Source: Octopus bimaculoides (lineage: Eukaryota). From it: DNA of 64,000 nucleotides. Positions 12,090 to 24,692 of this stretch are shown piece by piece; the first letter of the stretch is position 1, and each line of letters begins with the position of its first letter. Both the position numbers and the translations under genes were made by a program. The stretch covers positions 155,844,045-155,908,044 of the forward strand of contig NC_068982.1 of the NCBI RefSeq assembly GCF_001194135.2. Reading direction: 5' to 3'. A model generated the notes under the pieces. That model was not told the DNA's origin. It ran no database searches and worked only from the letters and a program-made list of their open reading frames with translations.

Positions 12090-12925
12090 AAGAAGAAGAC
12101 CAGTGGTAGAATCAATAGAGTAATAAACTAAAAACATTGAGGTAGTTTCCCTTTAGTTCTGACCCTTTACTTTCTGAGTTCAAATCTCATTGAGCCGACT
12201 TTGTCGATAATATAATTTCCAGTAATATACAATGTTGCTTTTATCGACTACATTCCCACTTCATCGACTTTCGTCAACTATATTCTCATTTCTAAATATA
12301 TGGCCTTGTGCAAGAGATAAAAATATTGCTATTAAAAATTATGGCTGAAAGAGTCTTACAGCGTTTATATACATTTATTTACTTTCTGGATTCAGATACT
12401 TTAAAATTCAACTTGGCCTTCCATTCATCCGGGAGGTGATAAAATAACTACCAGTCATATTTTGGGAATCAATTCTAGTGACTGATAGAAAATGTCATTT
12501 GATTCGCCAAAAGAGGTGAATTGGCACAACCGTTAGAACGTTGGAAAAAAAATATTACTCTAAGTTCAAATTCCGCCGAGAACAGCTTTGCATTTCTTCC
12601 TCCTGGATCGATAAAATAGAATACTAGTCAAATGCTTGGGTTGGTTGTATCGGTTAACACAATCCCTCAAAACTACTGGCCTTGTACATAAATCTGAATC
12701 AGTTATTTGATTCGACAAAGGAGATGAATTTGGCAGGACGTTTGAGAAACAGAAAAATGCTCCGGGTTCTGTACGTTCAGCGTTCAAACTCACCGACGTC
12801 AACTTCGCCTTTCATCTAGCCAGGGGTCGATAAAAAAGTAAAGTACCAGCTTAGTACAGGGGTGGATGGTATGACTAATCCTCTCCCCTTAAAGTCGCCG
12901 GCCTTCTAGCGAAATTTGTGACAAT
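12090..12925 (+). mobile_element. Cluster of about four decayed tandem SINE-B copies
   Basis: Repeated ttcaaa...actttgc/cttcgcc...gataaaa...tac(c/t)ag...ggcctt units at roughly 200-bp spacing. Confidence 0.7.
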
Positions 12926-13366
12926 TAGTAGAAATGTTGCTTTTGGCGTTGAGTGTTAACAAGTTGAAATCGAAACGTTGATAGCGAAAAGGAAACTTCT
13001 GGGAGAACGGCTGCGTTTCCCTCAAAATGTTGTAACATGCTGTAAATTAATCGTTTATGTATAAGTATTGGTATTACGGATTGGTGTGGAGTCATTAAGC
13101 AACGCACTCTAATATCTGATGCACAAACGTCTTTTCTCCTCATCTTATTTTTATTAACATTACTATAGTTGCACCTGCTTCTCGGAGCCGTTGGTCTCGT
13201 ACCAGCAGGACTCACTCAGCTCTCCTCCTCTCGATACTCACATTGTATCTATCCCTACGCTCTTCACTAATTATTTTTGACAAATAATCCTACCCAGAAT
13301 GTCAGTACTCTGGGATTCACTCATGAAGTTTTTAGTCTTCTATTTGCAGTTATTCGAGAAACTCAC

Positions 13367-13428
13367 CTGACTTTAACGGTCTTGAAGCATCTACAAAGAT
13401 CATGGGTATAATAATCCCGTCCCTCGGA
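13367..13428 (-). CDS. Candidate 62-nt internal exon
   Basis: Acceptor gtgtttttttttttcctttatgcatttAG and donor CAG|GTGAGT; two frames are open (SEGRDYYTHDLCRCFKTVKV / PRDGIIIPMIFVDASRPLKS). Confidence 0.45.
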
Positions 13429-13599
13429 CTAAATGCATAAAGGAAAAAAAAAACACACGCAGCAACATATCTGTAGGACGCACTTAGTCGTCCGGTCGAC
13501 AACCTGCATACCATAGGACTGCATAGGACTGCATAGGACTACAGTTTCAAATTATGAAAAGAGTCAGGCAAGGCTAAATACTATCTTGCTACCTATTTC

Positions 13600-14383
13600 A
13601 CCTATACGTATATACAGATCTTCAGAGAAGTAGGAGACATAATGCCAGGAGCATTAATAGGAGGTATGAACACCGAAAATGTTATATACGCAAGCAATCC
13701 TGCCTTATTAACTTTCAGCAGAGATAACCGACTAAAATCTTGTAGCCAATGTAAATAGCAAACAAATGTCCTGTGCACAGCTAAAACAGAGTCATCAATA
13801 AACAATTGTCTACAGAAACAGATATTATAAATAATTAAAGGGAAGCCAGTTGAATGAACATTGGTATATGCAGCATGAGAGCTGTAAATGTAAAGCATAA
13901 GTTTAATTATTGAAGTGGACAGTCATTTGACAACATGTCAAACATAAAGAAAATTAGCATGGAAACTAGTGAAAAAGTTATAAAATGTGTATTTTACGAA
14001 GCTGAAATATAAGCATTAACAAAAATAACGTCACAGATTAGAAGCTTTTGTGATGTTGGCATATAGAAAACTTTTGAGAATATCATGAACAGAATTCAAA
14101 ACCATTGATGAAGTACTGAGAATGGCAAATACTATGAAAATTTTATTAGATACAATAAAAGGAGACAAAACTAAAATATTTCGGATGCTTGATTAGGAAA
14201 TCATGGTTTACCATGACTGAGAATAGGAAACAAAATGAATGTGAAGGGGAACCGAGAATTACGAGGTTGGATTATTTCAAGAATTGGACCGACTTAAGTT
14301 ACAGTGAATGTAGAAGGACAGTACAAGAAAGGATTGAGACGACGATCCATTGTATTCATTTTGCTAAAAGTGGATAATGCCTG

Positions 14384-14385
<2 letters not shown>
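13600..14385 (+). mobile_element. RTE-clade LINE 3' fragment (decayed RT C-terminus), followed by (CA)n
   Basis: IQIFREVGDIMPGALIGGMNTENVIYASNPALL (degenerate YADD region), YRKLLRIS...DEVLRMA, NWTDLSYSECRR; multiple stops and frameshifts. Confidence 0.75.
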
Positions 14386-14461
<76 letters not shown>

Positions 14462-15456
14462 ATGTAGACTGGGAGTAACATCTAAATTAAATTAATTGTG
14501 ATATTGTGAAATTCCAGTCGCCAGCAATTTCAGTAAACAAATTGGTTTGCTCCAAATTTTTTCCGACAATTAGTGTAAAATTATAAATTACATATTTATC
14601 TGAGTCAATATTATTCCTCAATAATATCATCATTGATTCTAGTACATTGGGAAGTTATGGTCGCCTTTTGTCATATATGGTTTTCCACAGTTTGTCTGTT
14701 GGATGGGATCGTAAGTCTTGGCTCAAGCGAAAGACAAAGACTGAGTGAGTGGAAACTGAAATGTTGTCAGGTGTTTACAGCCTTCTATTAGTTAGGCAGT
14801 ACCGCCGGCGGAACTTCCATGTTAGGTTTCTATAGAAGCTGCGTGCGTCTGTGACTTTCTGTTCGTTGTTTACCATTGTATATATCTGTCTGTAACCTTC
14901 TGTTCTTCTTCATTCATTTATGAATGTGTGTTCAATGTTCCCTTCTGTTCGTTCAATGTTTCCTACTGGTTGTGTTTCTGTGGCTTTCTATCTGCAATTC
15001 ACTATTTAAGTATCTATCCATGACTCTTCATTTATTTTTGTCTCTGCCGTGTGTGTCTCTATGAATCTGTGTTCATTGCTCACTACTGCATGTGACTTGT
15101 TCATGGTTCACTATTATGTGTCTCTGTGTGGTTAACTGCTTATTGTTCACTGTCGCATATGTCTGTATGTTTACCTGTGGCGGAGCTAGAGTATGTGCCA
15201 CTCCGGATCCCACCCCACAAAAAATACAACGTATTCCCTCTAAATGGGCCGTCCCCATAAAGCTGTCACCTGGGGAAAACCACCACCATCTCCCACAACT
15301 CCAGCTACCTACTGTATGTTTGTGTTTGATGGTTTATGTTACAGAGAATAAAATTAAAGAAAAAAAAAAGATGTCTGCTAGCACCCATCCATGTTATTGG
15401 AACTGTTTTACTTATATCATATACGCACATAATTAAGAGAATCTCGCTCAATGTAA

Positions 15457-15673
15457 TTTTTCTACTGTAGGCAGAAGGCCTGATATTTTGTGGGCGAGGG
15501 CTAATCGATTACATTGACCCCAGTGCTCTACTGATACTTATTTTATCGGCACCGAAAGGATGAAAGGCAAAGTTGATCTCAGCGGAATTTGAAGCCAGAA
15601 CGTAAAAAACCTTAAGAAATGCCGCTAAGCATTTTGTTAGGCATGCTTACGATTTGTACCAGTTTGCCGCCTT
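15457..15673 (-). mobile_element. SINE-B copy
   Basis: aatcgattacattgaccccagtg...gaaaggatgaaaggcaaagttga...ccgctaagcatttt. Confidence 0.88.
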
Positions 15674-16104
15674 AGAACATCGCTTGATATAATGCAGATA
15701 AAATATTGAGTTTCTTTCAGTTTAGGATGCACTATAGTATATTGTAGTGTGGTTTAGAAATATAGAAGTGTACTTGCAGTGCTGTTACTTACTTAATGCT
15801 TCAAACAGTCGTTGGTTTATGCTGTATGGTTGTATATTCCACTCGTAACGGTTTTCGTTTGTTCCTTCAATGGGAGGGAATCTTATCATTTGGTCCGCAT
15901 ATATAAACTGGAGTATTGCTAGATGGATGGGATTTGCTTTTGTTTAGATAACTCGTTTAGATTCTTTTCGTAATTCCTTCATAGTTCTCTCAAGACTTTA
16001 CTTCTGTACCCAATGGAAGTTAAATGTATTTAAAATATATTATTCTATAATAACTCAATATGAACAGTATCTATTTCAGACATACATACATACATACGTA
16101 CATG

Positions 16105-17893
16105 ACAAAGGTATCTACTACCTTAATTGCTGCTATAGGGAGACTCACAAAGACATGGACAACTATTCTTACCCTTACGACTAAGAACAGAATAATTGTT
16201 ACTAATAGTATAGACATTACAAAGAGAACGTTCCAGGGAGATAGTCTTTATGTACTTCTTTTCATTTTGGCACTGAATCCATTATCGTTCCTATTTTAGA
16301 AAACAAATGGTTACATGCTAAGATCTTCAAGTGCCAGAAATATCAATGTAACTCATATTTTCTTTGTGGACGATCTCAAGATGTATGCTAAAAGTGTTAA
16401 CAATGCCATAAAACAAATGGAATTAATAACAACATTTTCAGCTGATATAGGCATGGAATTTGGCCAAAAGAAGTGTTCATATTTGGTTATAGAACGAGGA
16501 AAGTTAGTTCCCCAAATCCAAAACCTGTGCATCAACGGTCTCTCTACCTCCTCCATTCCACACAAAGAATGTTACAAGTACCTAGGCATAGACGAAAATG
16601 TATCATATGAAGGCACTGTGAATAAAGATAGAGTAACCCGAGAATATTAAACCATACTTAGAAAAATATGGCAGTCGGAACTCTCCTCTAACAAAACTAT
16701 ATCCCACAATGCATTTGCAGTACCAGTGCTGATCCCAACATTTGTGATACTTGATTGGTCTGTAGAGGAAATCCACTCCATAGATATCAAAACCCGCAAA
16801 ATCCTAACAACAACTGGGGACTTCCACAGAAACAGTGAATGAATGTAGTAGAGGCCTGAGATCAGTGTAGACAGCCTTCGAATGCCGTATGGTATCATTC
16901 AGGCAGCACCTACCGAACGACAGCAGCAAAAATTAATATGTTAATGCAGTGCTGAAAAGTGAAGAAGAGCAACATTGTACGAGTTGGCAGTGAGCTCAAG
17001 AAGCACTCTTTTCCTGATGATTTCCTATACAGCCCCACAACAGCTGGGCTCTCTTATCTCAGAGAAGACCTGGATGGAAAGCACTCAGCATACAAAAAAA
17101 AAAAGACCATGCATTGCCCGGAAGCTTGAAGAAGATAGTAGAATTGACACGAAGCGCAGCCTCTCTTGGATAAAAGATCACTACATCACATCACACTTTG
17201 AAGGTTATGCGTTTGCAATCCAGGAACAGGAGATTACCACAAAGTACCTGGTGAACAATAGAGACAGTGACGCTCTTGTAATCCCAAGGTGCAACCGCAA
17301 GTGTAGGATATGTCATGTTTCTGTGGAAGACATTACTCATGTGATCAGCAGCTGTCCTAAAATGTCGCCACGGTACTACCTCCCTATGCGGCACGATGTT
17401 GTAGCTAAAATAATTTACAATGCCATCCACACAAAAAAAAAAAAAGACTGTCCTGAAATAAACTTAGAAAATCCCTCTGTTATGGAATACATTCATAAAC
17501 ACCAACTCAAGGAATACTGGTGGAATATACCCATCAAAATTTCTGTCAAATGTTAGCATAACAGGCCGGATATTGTTGTTTGGGATAGAGGGGCAAAGGT
17601 ATGTACCATCATAGAGTTTAGCTACCCTGCAGTTATAAATATCTCTTTGAAAATCGAAGAAAAAGAGGATATCTATGGGTAACTGCTTCGAAACCTCCAG
17701 CTTCTATATGCAAATTATGAATTTATATTCGTACCAATAATAATCGGAGCACTAGGTTTTTCAATAAATGCTTAAAGGAGAATCTGGATAAACTGGGATT
17801 TTCAGAAAGAGAAATTGACCGGCTGATTCGTACATTACAAAGTGCAATCTGTGAGTGGAACAGTAAATGTATGCAAGACTTTTCTCAAATTAC
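16105..17893 (+). mobile_element. R4/Dong-clade (RLE) non-LTR retrotransposon, 5'-truncated and disrupted
   Basis: RT motifs FQGDSL, FFVDDLK, EFGQKKC, YKYLG; CCHC knuckle CRICHVSVEDITHVISSC; RHD; restriction-like endonuclease HNRPDIVVWD..IIEFS; ends CKTFLK. Confidence 0.92.
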
Positions 17894-17959
17894 AGCTTGG
17901 TTGGCTTTGCCTTTCATCCTTTGAGGGTTGATAAAATAAGTACTAGTTGAATGTGTAAC

Positions 17960-18220
17960 CAGTTCACTTGATCATACAACTGGAATGATCATCCTAGAAA
18001 CAGATGAAGATCCATTTCCTTTAGTTTTTGTCTGCTTGTACACATCAGCAAATGAGCCAATGAGGTAATCTCTGTGTGGTTGTTCAATTTGCTAGAAATA
18101 ACAGCCAAATTTCCCTCATACTATGCTCTAACATTTTAAGCATGAAGGACACATTAAGTAATGTTGTCCTACACCTTCAATAAAAATACAAAATGGCTCA
18201 TTCTGGCCTGACCTGGGTTT
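17960..18220 (+). mobile_element. Family C repeat with longer 5' extension
   Basis: gctagaaataacagccaaatttccctc...gaaggacacatt...tgacctgggttt. Preceded by a SINE-B fragment at 17896-17952. Confidence 0.7.
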
Positions 18221-18221
18221 A

Positions 18222-18682
18222 AACTGCAAGGCATTCGTTGCAACGAATGTAAATACAGAAAACTTCACGAAATATATGTAAAATATATATGAAAAATATG
18301 TAAAATATTAAGACTATTGACGAAAAATATCTACAATAAAATTCTGATTGATAAATATAAATTTTTATTAAAACAAAACACGCGGGTGAAGTAAATCTCG
18401 TAGTGTGAAAAATCAACACGACACAACGTGCGGGTGAAGTGAAACACAACACAACGTGCGGTTGTCATGGTAACAAGCTGTTAATGTCTCACTGTCTGTT
18501 GATTGGCTAAAATTACCCAAATATTCCCAACTTTAATTCCAAATAACATCATATTCTTTAATTTATGAGATAAAGTAATTGGTGGATCGTAATCAAAATT
18601 CAGAGTTGCATCGATACACCAAAATTGAAAGCAATCTGAGCAAAATTAAAGGGGGGCTGATTTTATGAATCAATTTAACTAG
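18222..18682. mobile_element. Putative non-autonomous Helentron/HINE-like element
   Basis: 18-bp perfect palindrome near one end (18232-18249), short internal acgtgcgggtgaagt repeats, and a caaaattgaaagcaatctgag end. A related stretch lies at about 5500-5640. Class is inferred. Confidence 0.4.
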
Positions 18683-18683
18683 A

Positions 18684-18768
18684 TCCTCAATTTGTTCGAC
18701 TAAAGGCGGTGCTCCAGCATGGCCGCAGTCAAGTGACTGAAACAAATAAATGAGTAAAAGAGTAAAGA
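18684..18768 (+). mobile_element. SINE-A 3' tail fragment
   Basis: ttcgactaaaggcggtgctccagcatggccgcagtcaagtgactgaaacaa...gagtaaaagagtaaag. Confidence 0.88.
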
Positions 18769-18814
18769 AACTAATGAAGTGAAGTGAAACATACAAATGG
18801 TATATCTTTCTCGG

Positions 18815-19028
18815 TTTGTTGGAAGTTATTACTCTTCCAGGCGGTTTCTTGAATTCTTAGATATAGCAGCCAAATTTCACCGAAATCACATCCACTGTCT
18901 TAAAGAGGAGAAAGACACAATGGATAAACATGGAACAGCTATAATGTATAAACATACTGTACACAGTTGGAATATTTCCGATCATAGGTTTGTACCACCA
19001 GGTTTGACCTGGGGCTAAACAACAACCG
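18815..19028 (+). mobile_element. Family C repeat
   Basis: atagcagccaaatttc...gatcataggt...gacctggggctaaacaacaacc. Confidence 0.78.
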
Positions 19029-20028
19029 AAAAATTAATAAAAATCTAAAAGTACACTAGTAATTTCTTACACAAGACAGAGAATTATAATGTACGAAAAA
19101 CGAGATGTAGCTTTGTCCGTGCGTTTCTCAATGAAATGATAGAAATTAGGGAAGTGAAGATGTTATAAACAAGGAAGACAGATTAGGCTGGTTATGAGCT
19201 TACCTCATGCGGCAGTGCTGACAATCAACTTTTAAATATATATAACTAAGGATTTCTATTTCCGTCTTTTGGCCCATACTCACTGGTTTCTTTTCTGCCT
19301 TTCATTCTGTTTAAGTTTTTATCTTCTTTCCCTGGTAGTGAAATACAGTGTCTGTAGGCTTCATTCAGCAGACATTTCCCCCTGCCACCACCAGATCCTT
19401 GTTCTCCAAGAATTAGTTTCTAATTACGCTACTACACTTAATTGTTTCCTCTCTTTACAATTTCACACTCTTTTTCGAAAATGGCCGTCCACTGACGTGA
19501 TGATGGTTATGTCGCTGCTGTTGCTGGTGGTGGTGGAAAGGTTATTGTTGTCGTTGGCGGTGGTGAACGAGAAGGAGCAAGTCTTTGCACATGATCAGAT
19601 CAAGTATATCGGTGAAGTAGCTTGCAGCTAAATAAGGAAAAGCCTTTATTATTCGTCTCCTTCCCCCCGCATTAAATACATATGGTCGGACGTGGCAGCG
19701 GATAGCACTTCACAGACGGATTTGTTCGAGCAATCACTTAACTTTTCGCCACAGTTAACCGGTCAGTCAGCCTAATGTAAGAACTGCTTCGGAAATTACG
19801 TATCAACACTTCCCTAATCTTCTCTTAATGAATACGACCATTTTAAAGATGTCACGAAATCAGCATTGGAAGAACCGATTACATTGACATACAAACATAC
19901 ATACACACAAACATTGGTAACACATACACACAAACATTGGTAACACATACACACCATCAAGAGCATCATACACATACGCACACACACACACAAATAGATA
20001 CAGAATCATATATATATATGTGTGTGTG

Positions 20029-20075
<47 letters not shown>

Positions 20076-21551
20076 NNNNNNNNNNNNNNNNNNNNNNNNN
20101 NNNNNNNNNNNNNNNNNNNNNNNNNNNNNNNNNNNNNNNNNNNNNNNNNNNNNNNNNNNNNNNNNNATATATATATATATATATATATATAAATATATAA
20201 GCACACTTATACGCCAGACGTAAAGAAGGAATAGACGAAGTTGTACTCTCAGCGAACACCAGCCGACAGATACACGAAAGAGGCGAGAGGGGAGTCAAGT
20301 GACTGATAAAGTGTTAGCGTTCAAACCAAAACCAAAGGAAGATAAATAACATAAAAAAAATTATGCCATTGTTTTAAACAATTATTTGCTGCACAACCAC
20401 CTTCTATATTTCTCCTCCCATCCCACTGCCACTGTCTTGCTATTAGCAATCAAGTTTGGACCAGCCAATAATTAATGACTGATCGCGTTCGTATATGTGT
20501 GTGTGTATGTGTGTGTGTGTGTGTGCGTGTGCGTGCGTACGTGTGTGTGTGTGTGTGTGAGTGTGTGTGTGTGTGTGAGTGTGTGTATGCGTCTTTCTGC
20601 GCGCGCGTGCGTGCTGTTTCAGTCACCAGTCTAACGTCCTCACGTTCGGTTGAATCCTGCGGTTGGCTTAGTCTGTTAGTGTGAGTTAATCGCAGTGACA
20701 AGCGACGTTTGATTCGTTGAGAGCCGAACCGGCCGTCCAGGTCATTTGGGCAACTATGTTTAGCGGAAGAAGGAACCATTTTGAACCGTTTCTAAAGAGG
20801 GAAAAAAGGAGGAGAAGTTTAATACAATGCGTCTTGATATTTATTTGATTTAACGAACAGCTCTAAGTGGATTTCAAAATCTTAGCATAATAGCTGCGGG
20901 CTATGGGACTGGAGAAGTGAATGGGGGAAGAATAAACAATTTGCGAGTGAATAGCTCTTTTCTACTACATCAGAGCAATTTGTAACCCCTCGAATACTAA
21001 CTCGCGAGTGCCTGTTGTGTTAATCATTATTGAGTCAACATTAAGAAACTAATCACTAAATTAGCCATAATGCTGTGAATTTCTCGATGCTTCTTGTCTT
21101 AAACGAATCTAGATAATATCAAGTAATTTTTAACACCTCATTTCCATCATGGCGACGTTTTCTTCAAGTGTTGACAGTCAACGGAAAACAGTGCAAGAGT
21201 ATATAAAAACAACAACGTTCTAATTTTCTATTCTCTACAGATATGAATCCGGTCTATAATCGTTCTATGTACTTTTGACTAGTTGTTTTCTATGTTTTAC
21301 TTACTATGGAAATGTTTTAAAGGAAATTTGACAATGTTTTACAGTGAAACATTGGAGAAAAGACAATATAAAGAGGAGGATAAAAATGAGGGCAAGGATG
21401 AAAGGGGGCAGCGAGGGTACATTCAGCAGGCGGAAAGAAACAAGAGAAAGAAGGCGGAATGGTCACGGCTTGAATATCTTTAGGTGCAGCTCTATCTGGA
21501 CAAGAGTGACTTGGAGATAAATGAGGAGAATGAGAAAAGGGAAAAGTAAAT

Positions 21552-21645
21552 GGAGAAGAAGAAGAAAACAAAGAAGACGAAGAAGAAGAAGAAGAAGAAG
21601 AAGAAGAAGAAGAAGAAGAAGAAGAAGAAGAAGAAGAAGAAGAAT
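21552..21645. repeat. (GAA)n microsatellite within a purine-rich tract
   Basis: Read directly from the sequence. Confidence 0.95.
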
Positions 21646-22389
21646 GAAAAGAATAAGAAAAATAAGGATGCGAAGGAGAAAGACAAGAAAATGAAAGATA
21701 ACAATGAGAAGAAGTAAAAGAAAAAGAAATAGTATCAGAAGAAAACAGATGTATTAGGGGAGGAGGAGAAGAAAAAGAAAAAAAGAATGAGAAGCTAAAA
21801 CGACTTTCTTTTTAATCTTCTTTTTCCCCTCATTCTTCTCATTTGTTTTCTTTTTCTCCTCCTTCCCCCTCTTCTCTTCATACTTTTTGAGAAGAAGAAT
21901 GAGGAGGTGAAGGAGTAACGAGGAGGAGAAAAGTGATGAGGAGAAAAGACGAAGTGATTATATATCTGAGAAAGTTAAAGTTTAAAGAGACAAACATATT
22001 TTCTTTGGTAACTTAAAAGTGATGTGTTAAAACTGTTGTAGTGAAACTCCTTTAGTGCCTTAGGAAGGATATGTGCATCAGAACTCCCACATCTCTCTTC
22101 CTAAAAATCAATCATTCATTTATATATGATATATTGTATTTTTTGATCAGTGAACCACAAAATATAGATTTCATCTTTGACTCCATGGTTGTCATCAGGG
22201 AATCACGTTAATAGGTAGCACAGCCTGCTAGAAATAGAAACCAAATCGACTTCAGATATACATAACTGCCTGAAAATAATAACGTACCTATTTGGTAAAG
22301 TAGTTCTAAATGTGTTACCAGAAATAAAAAGAATAGAAGGAGGGGATGACTGGAATGTAATAGAACATGCGCCTGCTCGATGACATTTT

Positions 22390-22772
22390 TGTTGTTGTTG
22401 GCACTCCGTCGCTTACGACGTCGAGGGTTCCAGTTGATCCGATCAACGGAACAGCCTGCTCGTGAAATTAACGTGCAAGTGGCTGAGCACTCCACAGACA
22501 CGTGTACTCTTAACGTAGTTCTCGGAGATATTCAGCGTGACACAGTGACAAGGCTGACCCTTTGAATTACAGGTACAACAGAAACAGGAAGAAAGAGTGA
22601 GAGAAATTGTGGTGGAAGAGTACAGCAGGGTTCGCCACCATCCTCTGCCGGAGCCTCGTGGAGCTTTAGGTGTTTTCGCTCAATAAACACTCACAACGCC
22701 CGGTCTGGGAATCGAAACCGCGATCCTATGACCGGGAGTCCGCTGCCTTAACCACCGGGCCATTGCGCCTCC
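22390..22772 (-). mobile_element. SINE-D full-length tRNA-derived SINE with (AAC)n tail
   Basis: Minus strand reads ggaggcgcaatggcccggtggttaaggcagcggac...gtttcgattccc (A and B boxes) through ggagtgccaacaacaac; highly similar to 39092-39476. Confidence 0.93.
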
Positions 22773-22849
22773 AAGGGCTAAACAACAGGGAAGGTGAATT
22801 AGAATATCAAGCTAGCCACTTTAAAAATGATTTCTAATTTAGATTTCTT

Positions 22850-23040
22850 TTTAAAAATTTAGCACAAGGCCAACAATTTTGAGGGAAGGATGTTATTATA
22901 TACCATCAATCCCAATATTTTGTTGGTACTGTATTTTATCGAGTTCGAAAAGATGAAAGTAAAAGTTAACCTTAGGGGGATTTGAAACCAGAACGTAAAG
23001 AGCTGGAAAAAAATACCGCATGTCATTTTGTCCAAAGCTC
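22850..23040 (-). mobile_element. Degenerate SINE-B
   Basis: agcacaaggcc...ttttatcga...aaagatgaaag..aaagt...atttgaaaccagaacgtaaag. Confidence 0.78.
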
Positions 23041-23308
23041 ATCAGCCTTCTCTTTCGGAGTCGAACCAATTTATTTGAGCAATTAAATGGTTAAATTATA
23101 ATGAATGCTGGATAATGACCGAAAGAGTACAATCTAGCTACAACCGTAGTTGGGTTCCTTGAGGTATCTCTGGAGTAATGTTACTCGACAAGGTTTGTTG
23201 CTCGGAAACTAGGAATTCTCTCAACGTCGTGTCTCTCCAGCTATTCTTCCGCCTTGAGAGGTCAGGGTTCTGGTACAACGGACATGTGACCAGAGAGAGA
23301 GAGAGAGG

Positions 23309-23345
<37 letters not shown>

Positions 23346-24634
23346 GGAGAGAGAGAGAGAGAGANNNNNNNNNNNNNNNNNNNNNNNNNNNNNNNNNNNN
23401 NNNNNNNNNNNNNNNNNNNNNNNNNNNNNNNNNNNNNNNNNNNNNNNNNNNNNNNNNNNNNNNNNNNNNNNNNNNNNNNNNNNNNNNNNNNNNNNNNNNN
23501 NNNNNNNNNNNNNNNNNNNNNNNNNNNNNNNNNNNNNNNNNNNNNNNNNNNNNNNNNNNNNNNNNNNNNNNNNNNNNNNNNNNNNNNNNNNNNNNNNNNN
23601 NNNNNNNNNNNNNNNNNNNNNNNNNNNNNNNNNNNNNNNNNNNNNNNNNNNNNNNNNNNNNNNNNNNNNNNNNNNNNNNNNNNNNNNNNNNNNNNNNNNN
23701 NNNNNNNNNNNNNNNNNNNNNNNNNNNNNNNNNNNNNNNNNNNNNNNNNNNNNNNNNNNNNNNNNNNNNNNNNNNNNNNNNNNNNNNNNNNNNNNNNNNN
23801 NNNNNNNNNNNNNNNNNNNNNNNNATATACATGTATCTATACACGTATGTATGTATATTATTCGCCGATGTATACTAACGAAGGGTATAATCGTTCAAAG
23901 GAAAACCGTTTTCTTTTTTACCAATAAAGTATCTAGAGACATTTGTTCTGCTTCGAGTTACAGACACTCCCTTGTCATCATTCGTCGTTAAAAAAGCTGT
24001 GATCCAGTGAGTACTCTGCTGAAAGACTATAACGGACAATGTTACTGATCACGAATTGCGATATTTAAATAAGAATATATTAAAATGTCTTGTTCGTGTA
24101 CACAGGAGATAGTCCACAGCGGAATATTTTTGACTTACGACCCATATCTCTTAGCTATAGAAGAGTTCGCCGTCTTATTTAAATAACCAATTCTTCTCAT
24201 AGAAACTAATCCAACGTTATAAAAGAACGATGCTGTCCGCCATAATATACTACGACATATAATTGTATTAGACGTTCGCTGTCATGTGTAGGGTGTCTTT
24301 ATTTTCTCTGTACAATTTTTTTTTAGGAAAAGGACATTTATTATATTGGATATGTGTGTGTGTTTGTGTGTGTATGTGTATGTGTGTATGTGTGTGTGTG
24401 TTTGTGTGTGTGTGGTTGAAGTGGCGATAAATGGCACTTTCTTTAGGTTTAACAATGGTGAGGAATTTCAAGAAGATTATTCTGATTCAGAACCCAAAAT
24501 CTGTTTGGCTTTTACTTGGCTTGAAGAAGGAGAAATATTTACTCCACAGTCACGCGGAAATACATTCACATAGAAATTCACATGCGTACAAATACTCCCA
24601 CCATATACATACATTCTTGCATATATATACTCAC

Positions 24635-24692
24635 CCGATACGTGTAGACCTCCCCTCCGCACTGTACATTATCAGACAGACGTACATCTTCG
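24635..24692 (-). CDS. Weak candidate 58-nt exon
   Basis: Acceptor gttgtttatgtgttAG and donor CGG|GTGAGT; open frame EDVRLSDNVQCGGEVYTYR. Confidence 0.25.

Noticed and set aside
13512-13541. (CATAGGACTG)x3 and other 2-3 copy micro-duplications (6164-6192, 19902-19950, 26830-26868)
   Set aside because: These are ordinary slippage duplications with no sign of function.
13602-13898. Minus-strand 98-aa ORF with apparent splice sites
   Set aside because: It is the antisense of the decayed RTE RT fragment on the plus strand.
22700-22772. tRNA-like sequences (also 39092, 40012, 47160, 60502)
   Set aside because: These are SINE heads continuing into SINE bodies, with no complete cloverleaf or acceptor stem.
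24346-24573. Protein-like ORF (FNNGEEFQEDYSDSEPKICLAFTWLEEGE)
   Set aside because: It is short, has no recognised homology and no partner exons, so it cannot be supported.
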